A stretch of 64,000 bases of DNA, from contig OX597818.1 in the NCBI GenBank assembly GCA_951406725.2, positions 97,588,001 to 97,652,000 of the forward strand, read 5' to 3'. Origin of the DNA: Octopus vulgaris (Eukaryota). The notes beneath the pieces are model-generated. The model was not told the origin of the DNA and did not search any database. It was given only the letters and a program-made list of their open reading frames with translations. How positions within the stretch are numbered: the stretch's first letter is position 1; every line of letters begins with the position of its first letter. The position numbers were made by a program, and so were the translations under genes. Positions 13,476-27,518 of this stretch are shown here, piece by piece.

Positions 13476-14586
13476 CGGTTCTGCTCCCTTACTATTCAAT
13501 GGTGCACCCTCAGATTTAGAAAACAAAGTTTACAAAAATCTTTCTGCAATACATTTCTCAAAGTCTGACTAACATGCTCGTTGCTAAGGGGTGCACTATA
13601 CGGCACTGTCCCCTTACTATTCAATAGTGCATCGTCAGATTTAGAAAACGTAGTTTACAAAATTCTTTCCGTAATACAAATTAGTACCCACCCAGAATAT
13701 GTTGAAGCACCTCCGGGCACCAAAGTCTGGTGACGGGCCTGAGTGTTGAAAACATATTGAAACATTGTGGTACCCTAATGTTGAGTACATAGCAAAGACC
13801 CACCAATGCATTGCGTAATTTGACATAAAACTTCTATGAGATAAGAGAGGGATAGAGCTCATAGTTTAACTTAGAGGTTTTCGGAGGCTTAACCAGACGC
13901 AGTCAAAAGTTTTGCCGATGTAAAGTGCAATGATATTTCACCGAACTTCTCAAAGATGAGAAACTTTTGGTGAGTGATATAAGGGGCCTGGTTTTCCGCA
14001 TATTCAGCATTATGGAAGTGATATCGGTATTCACGCATAGTTGGAAGACGACCTCGAAGAGTTGGAGAAAGTAAAACCTGTTACCATCACTTTAAGATAG
14101 AATGTTATAAGAACGATAGATCGATATTTAGTGATATTGTTTTCTTGAGAATTAGACACACTGTAACATGTTTCATAATGATCGGTATCGATTTCTCTAT
14201 AGAGAGAATAAGATCGAAGATACAGCTCTGTAATGCTCAGTTTGAGGACAATGAAAAAGAGTTTTCTAATAAGTTCACACACACATATATGTGTATATAT
14301 ATCACCGTGACCGACCAGGCTGTCAAATGTTGCTACACATCGCTGGTCACAAAGCGCTTCGCATTGTTTTAGCCACCCCGCTGGCTAAGCGAGCAGGCCA
14401 ACAGAAGAGTGAGAGAAAATTGTGGCGAAAGAGTACAGCAGGGATCGCCCCCCCCCCCCACCGCCGGAACCTCGCTCAATAAAAACTCACAACGCCCGGT
14501 CTGGGAATCGAAACCGCGATCCTACGACCGCGAGTCCGCTGCCCTAACTACTGCGCCTCTGTATGTGTGTATATATGTATATATAT

Positions 14587-14786
14587 ATGTGTGTGTAGTG
14601 GCTAACGTCATGATAGATCGTTAGCCACTACACACATTTTTCCCTCCTTGTTTTCTGTGTTCCCCTTCTGTAGAAGAGCGTAGGCTCGAAACGTAAAAGA
14701 CTTTTTCTATTCCTGAGCGTTATACTAATACATCTGTTTGTTTTCTACACCACCTGTCTTCGTCTTTTGTTTTTTTTGTAAACTCT

Positions 14787-14790
<4 letters not shown>
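14587..14790 (+). mobile_element. Short PLE-type 3' end with a 5' fold-back and a degenerate hammerhead-like motif
   Basis: Hairpin 14587-14637. CTGTAGA-A-GAGC GTAG GCTC-GAAA-CG-TA at 14668-14695. (TA)n on both sides. Confidence 0.5.
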
Positions 14791-14822
<32 letters not shown>

Positions 14823-14945
14823 CAGTTTGCAATGTTTCACCAAAACGGAGAATCACAAATGTCACTAAATGTGGCTAGGGCGTTAGGAAACACCTATATT
14901 GCTAGAAATAAGAGCTAAGCCGCTATAATGCTGCGTTAACTACAC

Positions 14946-16347
14946 CAGTGCTTCTCAAACAATCTGAAGTGGCGTACCGGCAGATTTTTTTCTCCAATGT
15001 GCCAGGGACCGGTAAAATTTCTTAGTAATATTTTACCGTTATATTATACCGGAAACAATATGTATAATAAAGACAATTGCAGCGTGGAAGGTGTTTATAA
15101 GCCATTTAAAAACACACACAAACCGTTAGATTCACATCAACATTTAAATTTAATTTGCCAAAATATTTTCGTTTTTTTTATATTTATTTATTACCTATTA
15201 ACAGACGTACATCGAAATCTTTAAGACAAATACAACACGTACAGACAATACACAACGAGGCACAACGGGGAACTAAAAATAAAAATAGGCATTTGAGAAA
15301 ACTAGTAAAACCAAAAGAACCGAATGAATTATGAAAAAGATGATACAATGAGGCGGATTGCCCACTCGAACCCAGAAGTCGAGTGGTTACATTTAGACAG
15401 TTTTTTTCTCTTCTTTTTTTTCACATTCTTTTTCACAACACATTCCCGACCGTTTATTTTCTCTCTTTTTTTTTCTTCATTCTATTTTTCACAATACATT
15501 CTCGAAAAGAATTCACAATTTTCTTCTTAACAGAAATAGTTCACATTTTTTTTTTCTACCAAAATGTTTATTCCAAATTTATTACCTCTCTCTTGAAATT
15601 TTCCAGCCTTGTATAGTCCACAACCGGGCAGCCTTCCATTATAGTACACAGGCCCATCCATTCCTGCCCTAAACTCTCTGTAATGTCTCCACAGTTCGTT
15701 ACTCGCTGACTCACTCACTATCACACACCTTTCCTCCTCTGCGAACCTCCACTTCGGCAGTTTTACTCTCATCAATTTTTTTTCACTTTGATATATTCTT
15801 CTCTGCCTCAATTGATTTTTTTGTAAAAAACCAGGACTGTCTAAATGTAACCACTCGACTTCGGGGTTCGAGTGAGCATTCCGCCTCATTGTATCATCTT
15901 TTTCATAATTCATTCGTTTCTTTTGGTTTTACTTGTTTTCTCAAATGCCTATTTTTATTTTTAGTTCCCCGAGTTTATGTTGTGTATCGTTGTGTATTGT
16001 CTGTGCGCGTTGTATTTGTCTTAAAGATTTCGATGTACACCTGTTGATAGGTAATAAAAAAACCGAAAATATTTTGGCAAATTAAATTTAAATGTTGAAG
16101 TGAATCTAACGATTTTTGTGTGTTTTTAAATGGTTTATAAACACCTTCCACGCTGCAATTATTTTTGTTTCAGCAAACGATCTCAATAAAAGGTGACAAT
16201 TTTCTTTTTATCTTATAAACAAATAATACAATATTACATAAGCATTTTATAAGCATTTCATAACGTTTCTTTCTTTTCTGGAAACTGGCTGCGTACTGGC
16301 AGCTGATGGCTCATGGTCCGGCACCCTAATCACTTTGAGTAGCGCTG
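14946..16347. mobile_element. hAT-type MITE carrying a nested insertion
   Basis: Termini CAGTGCTTCTCAAA and TTTGAGTAGCGCTG. 8-bp TSD AACTACAC/AACTACAG. Confidence 0.75.
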
Positions 16348-18164
16348 AACTACAGCATTAGAGCGGCTTAGCTCTTATTTCTAGCAATGTAGGTGTGTCC
16401 TAGCACCCTAGTAACATTTAGTGACGTTTGTACATACATACATACATACATACATACATACATACATACATACATACATACATACATACATACAAACAAA
16501 CAAATAGAACAAAAACACAATACAGAGCATTAAAACGTTCGGACAGATAGACGATACAAAGGCGGACAAGAGAAACAACAATTAGAAGGACAGGCAAAAG
16601 AAGACGGGTCATTCTTGGCTTTCTTTCATCAGTCAAGTCCCAGAAGTCACGACCATTTCGGGCAGTTACACTTGAGATGGTTCGATCTGGTTGCCCCACA
16701 AAAAAGTCTAAGCTAAGAGCATTAGACCCCTTTGTAAGAAAGCTAGTGAATGTGTACGGCAACAAAGACAAAACAAACAAACAAAAAAGCAGATAACATG
16801 GTACACAATTACGAATACAAACAACAAGAAAATAACAACAGGCGTCTTTCGACTGAGAACGAATCAAATTGAGCTGGCGTGTATGGAGTGAAAGCCTAAA
16901 GGCAGGAACATGGGAGATGGATACAAGAGATGTTGGCGGTCGGCAGTCAGGCCAAGAAAGAAGGATCATGGCTGGTCGGACACTGGTCACGTGGAAGGAG
17001 GCGAGATGGGTAGGGGACAGCGGGATCGAAGGATTAGAAAAATTTGAAGCTGTTGGAGGGGGTGGGGTGTCCATGTTTTGAAGGTTTCTGTAGAACCCGG
17101 ATGCACAGAGATAAAGAACAAATACTTTCCAGAAAAGACGCAACATAGCGGTTCTTTTGCAACAAAAAGTAAAAGAAAAAATCCTTGAAACAGCTTTCAT
17201 GGGTGTAACTCTGCAAAAATGCGAAAAGGTGATGTTTCACAGTATTTCGTAGATCTGTCGCAAGTTAAATAAAGAATATTAACCAAAAATAATTTTAAAC
17301 CATTGTTGAGTCATTTGTACTGTTTATGTGAGATTTGGACGGATTTGATAAAAAATGAGGGATTTAAGGGCAAAAAAACCCGGTTTTCTATTCAGTTTTT
17401 CGCAATTGTTGGTCATAGGCGGATGAATTCTGTGCATATCGGAATCTCCTAACGCTAGCCATAAGATGAATAAATAGTGTGTAAAGTTTGAACGCAATCC
17501 ACCAAAGCAGTGAGAAGTTTTTGAAGATTTAAAGAGGAAAATGTCTATAAAATCGATTTTTTTCAAAGTTTTTCACGGCTTTTTGCCGCACAGGGATGCC
17601 TTTGGACATAGAACAGATACTTGATAGAACCGCCATTACATTTTTAGCCGTAAAAACCAAAGAAATCGGACTTTCCCGTAAAAAGTTTTCTACCACGTAA
17701 CTTAGCAAAAATACGAAAAATCGAGTTTTTTTCAAAGTTTTCCGCAATATTCTTGGGAAACAGAAAACCCAAGGCAGTTCCAAAATATTTGTCTGAAATT
17801 TCGCAACATGACGGTCATTTTGACATCAAAATTATAAAATTCGGACGTTCCTGTAAAAACTTTTCTCGCGTGCAACTTTTGCCTTTAATTTTTGGCAAAA
17901 AGTGGTGGAGAGGTCCCTTCAGTTTTATTGATTATTCTCCTAGAAGGGAGTATCTCTAGGCATCGGTAATGCAGCAGTGACCTGCCTGAGTAAATTTGCC
18001 ATTTAATAAAACCTTGGAAGGTTTTGAATAACCATAGAAAGTGCGAGCCCTCTAACTGAAAAATTGTGGATTTGTATAAAGGACACGCACACACATACAC
18101 AGACAGACATTTTGCCGTTTATATATATAGAGATAATATATATACATATATATATATATATATG

Positions 18165-18204
<40 letters not shown>

Positions 18205-18359
18205 CATATATATAATATACATATATATATATAATATACATATATATATATAATATACATATATATATATATATATATATACATAATATACATACATATA
18301 TATATATATATAATATATATATATATATATAATATACATATATATATATATATAATATA

Positions 18360-18492
<133 letters not shown>

Positions 18493-18796
18493 CATATACA
18501 TACACACACATACATATATATATATATATACATAATATACATACATATATATATATATATATATACATAATATACATACATATATATATATATATATATA
18601 CATAATATACATATATATATATATATATATATAATATACATATATATATATATAATATACATATATATATATATATAATATAATATATATATATATATAA
18701 TATATATATATAATATACATATATATATATATACATATATATATAATATACATATATATATATATAATATACATATATATATATATAATATATATT

Positions 18797-19580
18797 GATA
18801 AAACGGTAAGATAACAAAAGAAAGAAAGAGACCTCAATATTATGTAAATAGAGGAAATTTATCTATACAATATGTTACATTACTCGGTAGTCAAGATAAA
18901 ACTCTGAGTTTCAGATGCCGAAGTGGAAATCCACAACACCATCTCTTCGGTTATCTGGCTATTTGAAAACGTTATGAAAAAATACCGTTAAAAATGAAGG
19001 GAAATTACTCTGTTATAACTCTGCTTTGCCTGCGTACTTATACATCGCTCGCATTTTTCGTCATAAAAATTATATAAAAATATATAAAAATATATAAAAA
19101 TATATAAAAATATATAAAATCTTCTTGGGACATAACACAGAAAGCATGTTCTATCCGTTTTCTTTAGGGGACCAAAAACGTAACAGAAATTTAGTCACAT
19201 GTGGGCATGATCCGAAAAGCTCTGTCCTTGTATTTAGACATGTGGTAGGGTCTAAGCTGCTTTTCCAGATAAGCCATCTCTCCATGTCGCATAAACCGCA
19301 CCTTCCGCTGCCATTAGTATAGGGCTTACATCTGGCCAAAATCTTCCATTGTATGTTATAATCGACACCTTTATCTCTTAAAGACCAAATATGATTGGAT
19401 AATTGTGTCGCTTTTCTTTTGTTCCAGTGCCTAAAGCTCAAAGTGTGGTTATTGAACCTGGCCTTGAAATTACCCTCTGTCAGGCCCACGTATTTCTTCG
19501 TCGAAACGGTGTCTTTAGTGGTTATAGAGTTTACGGTAGCTTCATATATGATGGTCTTGGACATGCAAGCTCCATTTAGC
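18797..19580 (-). mobile_element. Inverted second copy of the same PLE 3' end, with about 60 nt of extra tail
   Basis: 18860-19580 is the reverse complement of 19711-20431, with about 3 mismatches seen. Confidence 0.9.
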
Positions 19581-20431
19581 AACTCTTCAATAGACACAAT
19601 TTAAAAATTAGTTTTAGTTCAACTACCAATTTTAAAAACATAATCAATCATAACATACAAAAAACACAAGAAGAAAACAGCTGTTCATGCAGGAATAAAG
19701 AATTGTGCCCGCTAAATGGAGCTTGCATGTCCAAGACCATCATATATGAAGCTACCGTAAACTCTATAACCACTAAAGACACCGTTTCGACGAAGAAATA
19801 CGTGGGCCTGACAGAGGGTAATTTCAAGGCCAGGTTCAATAACCACACTTTGAGCTTTAGGCACTGGAACAAAAGAAAAGCGACACAATTATCCAATCAT
19901 ATTTGGTCTTTAAGAGATAAAGGTGTCGATTATAACATACAATGGAAGATTTTGGCCAGATGTAAGCCCTATACTAACGGCAGCGGAAGGTGCGGTTTAT
20001 GCGACATGGAGAGATGGCTTATCTGGAAAAGCAGCTTAGACCCTACCACATGTCTAAATACAAGGACAGAGCTTTTCGGATCATGCCCACATGTGACTAA
20101 ATTTCTGTTACGTTTTTGGTCCCCTAAAGAAAACGGATAGAATATGCTTTCTGTGTTATGTCCCAAGAAGATTTTATATATTTTTATATATTTTTATATA
20201 TTTTTATGTATTTTTATATAATTTTTATGACGAAAAATGCGAGCGATGTATAAGTACGCAGGCAAAGCAGAGTTATAACAGAGTAATTTCCCTTCATTTT
20301 TAACGGTATTTTTTCATAACGTTTTCAAATAGCCAGATAACCGAAGAGATGGTGTTGTGGATTTCCACTTCGGCATCTGAAACTCAGAGTTTTATCTTGA
20401 CTACCGAGTAATGTAACATATTGTATAGATA
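19581..20431 (+). mobile_element. Penelope-like element 3' end: Cys-rich linker, GIY-YIG endonuclease and 3' UTR
   Basis: Open frame LFNRHNLKISFS...CSCRNKELCPLNGAC...IIYEATV...YVGLTEGNFKARFNNH...CGLCDME...LNTRTELFGSCPH, with stop at 20140. Confidence 0.9.
20335..20397 (+). ncRNA. Minimal type I hammerhead-like motif in the PLE 3' UTR (mirror copy at 18894-18956, minus strand)
   Basis: AGATAA-CCGAAGA-stem II (GATG..GTGGA/TCCAC..CATC)-T-GAAA-CT CAG AG-T-T-TTATCT. Stem I is AGATAA/TTATCT. The core is variant (U4C and an extra T). Confidence 0.6.
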
Positions 20432-20647
20432 TATAATATATATATATATAATATACATATATATATATATAATATATATATATATAATATACATATATAT
20501 ATATATATATATAATATACATATATATATATATAATATACATATATATATATATCATCATCAATATATATAGATATAATATACATATATATATATAGATA
20601 TAGATATAATATACATATATATATATATAATATACATATATATATAT

Positions 20648-20679
<32 letters not shown>

Positions 20680-20689
20680 ATATACATAT

Positions 20690-20723
<34 letters not shown>

Positions 20724-21799
20724 ATATACATATATATATATAATATACACATATATATATATATATAATATACATATATATATATAATATACATATATAT
20801 ATATATATATAATATACATATATATATATATAATATACATATATATATAATATACATACATATATATATATATAATATACATATATATATATATATAATA
20901 TACATATATGTATATATAATATACATATATATATATATATATATAATATACATATGTATATACATATAATATACATATATATATAATCTTTTACTTCTTC
21001 CAGTCATTGGACTGTGGCCATGCTGGGGCACTGCCTTGAAAAGTCTTAGTTAAATAAATTGACTCCGTACTTATTTTTTTAAAGTATAGTACTTATTTTA
21101 TTGGCCTCTTTTGCAGAGTTACTAAGTTATTGGGACGTAAACAAACCAACACCTGTTGTCAAGCACTGGGATGAACAAACAAAGACATACACACACACGT
21201 ACACACATACAAACACACACACACACACATACAAATGGTGGTCTTCTTTCAGTTTCTGTCTACCAAATCCACTCACAAGCTTTTAGTTGGCTTGCAGCTA
21301 TAGTAGACGACATTTTGCCCAGGGTGCAGCACTGTGGGACTGAACACTAGACCATATGGTTTATCTCAAATATGAGATAAACGAAAATAGTGTTAGTTAC
21401 ACACCCACAGTTTACAACTTGCAATGTTAAGAGAAAACATCTGTTGCAAAAGTGACATCTGACACTTGGTGTGCAATATTGAATAAAGGAATACATTAGC
21501 CTATAGTATCAGGAAGAATGTGACGGGCATTTATTTATTTGCTTGTGTGTGAGAATGGCTTGAAATCAACATTTCTATAGTCACACTTTCGTCAGGGTTT
21601 CATTAGTCACAATAAAGCAGAAAACTTGTACTGTCTTGTTGAGCATTTGTTTTACAGACTTCAGTGTAAGCTTAGAAACTGGTGGCTGTGGTGGTAAGAG
21701 AATATCATACAATCTTTTTAGCTTGAAATTTTTTAATTATTTCAGCATACTTAATTACTTAAATACTCCACATTAAAATATTAATCCCAAACAAGAAAG

Positions 21800-22207
21800 T
21801 ATTGGGTTGGCAACTAAGTTCCTGCCATTTTTTAAAATTTTAAAGTTTTAAAAGGTTTAATAAAAAAATAACAACTAATCAATCAATAATGTATTCACCC
21901 TTGTTGTTTACAACTTCTTCCCAACGTTCAACAAGATTTTCAGTATCTCATTGGTAGAAATCACCCGATTTCGACTCGAAAAATTGATCCAACCAAGCTC
22001 TCAATTCTGCATCAGTATTGAACGAAACTCTGCGCATAGCATTTGAAAGAGATCGAAAGAGGTGGAAATCCTTTGGTGCCAAATCAAGAGAGTACGGCAG
22101 GTATGGCAGCACTCTCCAGCCATGCATTTGAATGGCTTCCTTGGTCATATTGGCGATATGAGGGCGGGCGTTGTTGTGCTGCAGAAGAATCCGTGCTGCC
22201 GATTAGG
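21800..22207 (-). mobile_element. 3' fragment of the same mariner family
   Basis: TAttgggttggcaactaagttcc TIR and LPYLPYSLDLAPKDFHLF. Close reverse-complement match to about 32690-33089. Confidence 0.88.
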
Positions 22208-23689
22208 CCTTTTCTAGTTGCCAATATAATTATGAGTGAAGAAACAAAACAAAAAACAAAAAAATTCAACTCTAAATGCATCAGCTGGTCATACACCATC
22301 AGGGTCAACAGAATTTATTGAAACAAGTCAACATTCTTGTGGCATTACTATGGGCAATGGTGAGGCAAGGGTGTGGAAGCAACTAAGCACCCTCTCAAGC
22401 ATCATCTGACACCTTGTTAAGGAGAAGCTGCTAATAATAATAACAAATTTGCTGTCAGTGACTCAGCTCCTCCATATATTCTTAAATGTCACAGGCTGGA
22501 AGAAATGGTTCACCGATCCCAAAATCAAAATTAAAAGGGCGTATTCAATAATGTAGTCCTAGACATACTATAGCCGATGTTTTGATCGTAGATCTGCTTG
22601 TTCATTTTGCAATAAACAACAAATATTAGTTCTTAACATGCTCTTTTACTTGTTTCAGTCATTTGACTGTAGCCATGCTGGAGCACTGCCTTTAGTCGAG
22701 CAAATCGACCCTAAGATTTATTCTTTATAAGCCTTGTACTTATTCTATCAGTCGCTTTGACCGAACTGCTAAGGTATGGGGACATAAACACACCAGCATT
22801 GGTTGTCAAGCGATGTTGGGGGGGGGGGGGAACAAACACAGACACACAAACATATACATACATACATATGACGGGCTTCTTTCAGTTTCTGTCTACCAAA
22901 TCCACTCACAAGGCTTTGGTTGACCTGAGGCTATAGTAGAAGACACTTGCCCAAGGTGCTGTGCAGTAGGACTGAACCCGGAACTATGTGGCTGGTAAGC
23001 CAGCTACTTACCACACAACCACTCCTATGCCAGTTAAACATTTTTAAAGTCAAAAGCTCAGTCTTGGAATGATTCTGTTATAGGGCAGAAATCAATGATA
23101 GAATGGAGAAGAATTTTCTTCTTTACATTAGAATGTTCCTAACTTTCTTCAAAATGAATGTAAACAAATTTAGCTTGATACTTATGACATCATGCGTTTC
23201 ATAACTGGTTCACTGCTACAGACTCATGTGCTGCTTGAGTGTCTTACAGGAAGATAAGAGTTAAATATACCCAAATATCATTCGCAGACTGTAAAGAACA
23301 ACAATGTTTATTGTGTTTCTAGACTCTCTTAGAATGAGGAATACAGAAGAGCAAGAATTATGAAGTTAATGGCCACTCTGCAAATGAGTTCTTTGTACGT
23401 GTTTATTAAATTAGAAGACCATAATCAACATGATGGCATCTGCAATTTTCATCAAAGTATCTTATTTCCAAGTCTCAACAAAAATTTATCAAAATAAATA
23501 AATGAATTTCTAAATTAACCTAATAAGAATACAAGAAATAGCATTCAGCTATTCTGTTTATTGAAAGGTCATAAACCTGTGTAGATTAATTACTTAGTAC
23601 TTTAGCTCGTTTGTGTTGTTTTCATTACCGAAATCTTTTGAATATACTCACAGATTAAATGGCGACAAGGATATTCACTATTCATCATG

Positions 23690-23753
<64 letters not shown>

Positions 23754-25939
23754 TTACACATATATTAATAACTTGTTAGGACACCATATTTTGTTATGCA
23801 AATGTTGACCAAATGTAGACTGAGATGCAGGGGTCCAGGATGGATAGATATGTAAAAAACACCTTTTGAGTATAGTTGTCTTCTTCTTCCAGTCAGGACT
23901 CACGCCATTAGCCACAAAGAATAATCTCTAATTCAAGCTTACTCTAAGCTACTAAGAATGCGTGCAGCAACTTGAAGATCCACCCACCGCATGCGATAGA
24001 GTGGCGGTTGCATGGGTGCTAAAGCCACGTTGTTATCCTCATTCCATAAACGGTGGCTTTTAACGGGTGGAGAGCTGAACCATCCTGGAGTACAGAGGAT
24101 TTGCAATCTAGACTAGGGTCTGAAAGTTAACCACACCATAGTGGGTTACACCATGGTTCCTCTGCTTTGTGGCAGAAGTAGGAAGAAAGAGTGAGAGAAA
24201 GTTGTGGTGAAAGAGTACAGCAGGGTTCACTAACCCCCCCCCCCCCCACCGAAGCCTCATGGAGCTTAGGTTTTTAATAAACACTCACAATGCCCGGGTG
24301 AAAAAAAAAAAATGTTTATTCGTCTCTGACATCTAAAACGTAGGAATTCGAAAATTTTTTTTTCATACAAATGCATTTTTCAAGGAGAGGCGCAAAACTG
24401 CATTAACCCCAATCAACATTATGTTCTGTTTATCGCTACCAGGATATGATTTATGAACATTTCCTTAGATAGTCATGCAATTTTAGAGCTTAAAGTTCTC
24501 CAGTGAATTGGGACAAGTCTAAATTGGTTGGCAACCAAGAAATAAAACCAGGTCACAGAGTTACTTCACTGAAAAGTTATTTGAAATAACAACCAATACA
24601 CAGACATCTCTGTTAAATATTTCTATATAACACTTCACATAAGTCTCATCTTAACTTATTATAACTAGTGATACAATACTTAGTATCAAAGGGAGATAAT
24701 TTTACGAGTTTCATTATTTTCCTCTATTACACTGAAGTTTTAATTGCTTTAATCAAATACTTATAGCATTTATATTACCTATAATTCACAGTTTTGCCAA
24801 ACACAATTATCATTATCATCTAATAGAGAAGTTCATTTTCCGACTCAGAAAGTTGCTTGATGTAAATCTCTTAATAGAAAGATTTATTTTATCCCTGACA
24901 CAAAACGAATCTTCTATATTGGGGAAATGCTGTCAATTAATTTTGATATGGTATATTAACGATATTAATTTTATTTATCTCAGAAATATGAAGACAAAGT
25001 CGTTCATGGTGAGCTTTTCAGATATTTAGTGTGGCACTTTTTGCTGTTTTCTACAGATTACAATTCAAATTGTTTATTCTTTTACTTGTTTCAGCCATTT
25101 GACTGTGGCCATGCTGGAGCACTGCCTTTAGTTGAAGAAATCTACCCCAGGACTTATTCTTTGTAAGTCTAGTACTTATTCTATCAGCCAAACCGCTAAA
25201 TTATGGGGACGTAAACACAGACACAAACATATACACATACATACATACATACATATATATATACGACGGGTTTCTTTCAGTTTCCATCTACCAAATCCAC
25301 TCACAAGGCTTTGGCTGGCCCGAGGCTATAGTAGAAGACACTTGCCTAAGGTGCCATACAGTGGGACTGAACCCATATCCATGTGGTTGGTAGGTAAGCT
25401 ACTTACTACACAGCCACTCCTGGTCATGGTAATTTAACACTGAATATGTATTTATAGGTCCAAATATGGTAAAATTTTAGAGGTCTGCCTTTTGTACCAA
25501 TTTGTCTTATTTTATTTTCATTTATGATGCTAAAAGTAAGGTAAAACACACACATTGACTTCACAAAATTTTCACATTTTTTTTTTGTTTTTTCATAAAG
25601 TGATACTCCTTCATAAATATTACCTCTCTTTTTAATTCTTAATCCTTGAAACTAAAAAACAAAATGTTTAAAAGACAAAAATGAAGCTGTATTGATAACA
25701 TTTTGTTAGTGTTGGTAATCCTTCCAACGAAAGGCACAAGGCCAAAAATTTTTGCAGGTGGGGACTAGTCAATTACATCAAACCCAGTGTTTCCCTGGTA
25801 CTTAATTTATCAACCCCAAAAGGATGAAAGGAAAAGTTGACCTCAATGGAATTTGAACTCAGAATGTAAAGACAGACAAAATACTGCTGAGCATTATGCC
25901 CAGTATGCTAATGATTCTGCCAGCTCACGACCTTTGGTA

Positions 25940-25977
<38 letters not shown>

Positions 25978-27344
25978 TTTGCTTGCGAAGACCTGTTGAG
26001 GCAAGTGTAAACAAACCAAAATCACTGATGTGGCCGATGACAGTACAGCCTGATTGGTACTCGTGCCAGTGAAATGTTAAAAGCACATTTTAGAGTGATC
26101 GTTGCTACGGCCATGGATTGGCTCCTGTGCCAGTGACATGTAAAAAGCACCATTCGAGCATGATCGTTGCCAACATCACCTTAACATTTGAGTATGGTCA
26201 TTGCCAGTGCTGCCGGACTGGCTCCCGTGCAGGTAGCACGTAAAAATGCCTTTTGAGCGTGAACATGGTTATTGCCAGAACCGCCTGACTGGCCCTCGTG
26301 CCGGTGGCATGTAAAAAGAACCCACTACACTCTCGGAGTGACTGGTATTAGGAAAGGTATCCAGCTGTAGAAACTTTACCAGATCAGATTGAGCCTGATG
26401 CAGCCTCTGGTTCACCAGTCCTCAGTCATACTGTCCAACCCATGCCAGCATGGAAAGCGGACATTAAACGGTGATGATGATGAATAATAACCCTTTCTAC
26501 TAAAGGCACAAAGCTTGAAATTTTTGGTAGGAGGAGAATAGTTGATTACAACCCCAGTATTTCACTGGTACTTAATTTATCGACCTTGAAAGGATGAAAG
26601 GAAAACTCGACCTCAGAAGAATTTGAACTCAGAATATAAAAATGGATGAGATACCGATAAGCATTTCACTCAGCATGCTAACGCTTCTGCCAGCTCGCCA
26701 CTTTTGGTAATAATAATAACAACATTGAAGTTTACTGAACTATCAACTTTAACTTTTGTATTTCTATTGGTTCAATAGTCAATCATTGTCAGTTGCTGCA
26801 CTTCTGATTATGCACATTGTCTCAGACTGGATGTAATTGTAGTACTTTTATATCTATACAAAGATTATTAATATCTTAATCCACTAAGCCACAGGATGAT
26901 CTTTGGTAATGGCAGCACTAAACTGGAATCAACTGTAGGAGTTTTTTTTTTTTTAACTTGCTGTATCCTGGAGGAAGGAGCAGAGCCCTAACTTTTGCAG
27001 GTTCTCTAAAACTGATGAGACAGATCCATTTAAATTGCATGTCAACACCTGTAAGAAAGACATGAGCAGGGATGAGACTCCAGAGGGCCTATGTTCTGAG
27101 AAAGGAGGAATTGGCATAGTAGTTTGTGCAGGGAAAAGGTAGGGGCAGTTTTGGTGCACCAAGAGTAAGAAGAAGCAAGTGAGACATGTGGGTTGGGAGT
27201 ACCTAAGGGGTGGAAGTATGAAACTAGCCAAGTCTCTGGAGCAGAATCTATTATAGCAGCAATAGAAAAAAAACAAACAAACAAAAAATAAGAAAAGCGT
27301 GCTTGTAGTCCAGAAGATAGAATGAGTTTGTTAGTTATAGAATG

Positions 27345-27518
27345 CCAATCAACTGAGTGGCCCTTCTCAAGATATCAGTCAACCGAGTAACCCTTCTCAA
27401 GATACCAGTCAACCGAGTGGCCCTTCTTAAGATACCAGTCAACCAAGTGGCCCTTCTCAAGATACTAGTCAACAGAGTGGCTCTTCTCAAGATATGAGTC
27501 AACAAAGGAGCTCTTCTC
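27345..27518. repeat. 30-bp minisatellite, about 5.8 copies
   Basis: Unit CCAGTCAACCGAGTGGCCCTTCTCAAGATA starts at 27345, 27375, 27405, 27435, 27465 and 27495. Confidence 0.9.

Noticed and set aside
16418-17200. 260-aa minus-strand ORF
   Set aside because: It spans a (TACA)n tract and repeat-like sequence with no recognisable motif. It is probably a chance frame in an unclassified repeat.
18860-20431. Assembly artefact as the explanation for the large palindrome
   Set aside because: The arms differ at several positions, have a unique in-frame 130-bp spacer and an asymmetric tail, which fits PLE biology. An artefact cannot be fully excluded without reads.
27345-27518. CRISPR-like array
   Set aside because: The units are head-to-tail with no unique spacers, no cas genes are present, and the context is eukaryotic.
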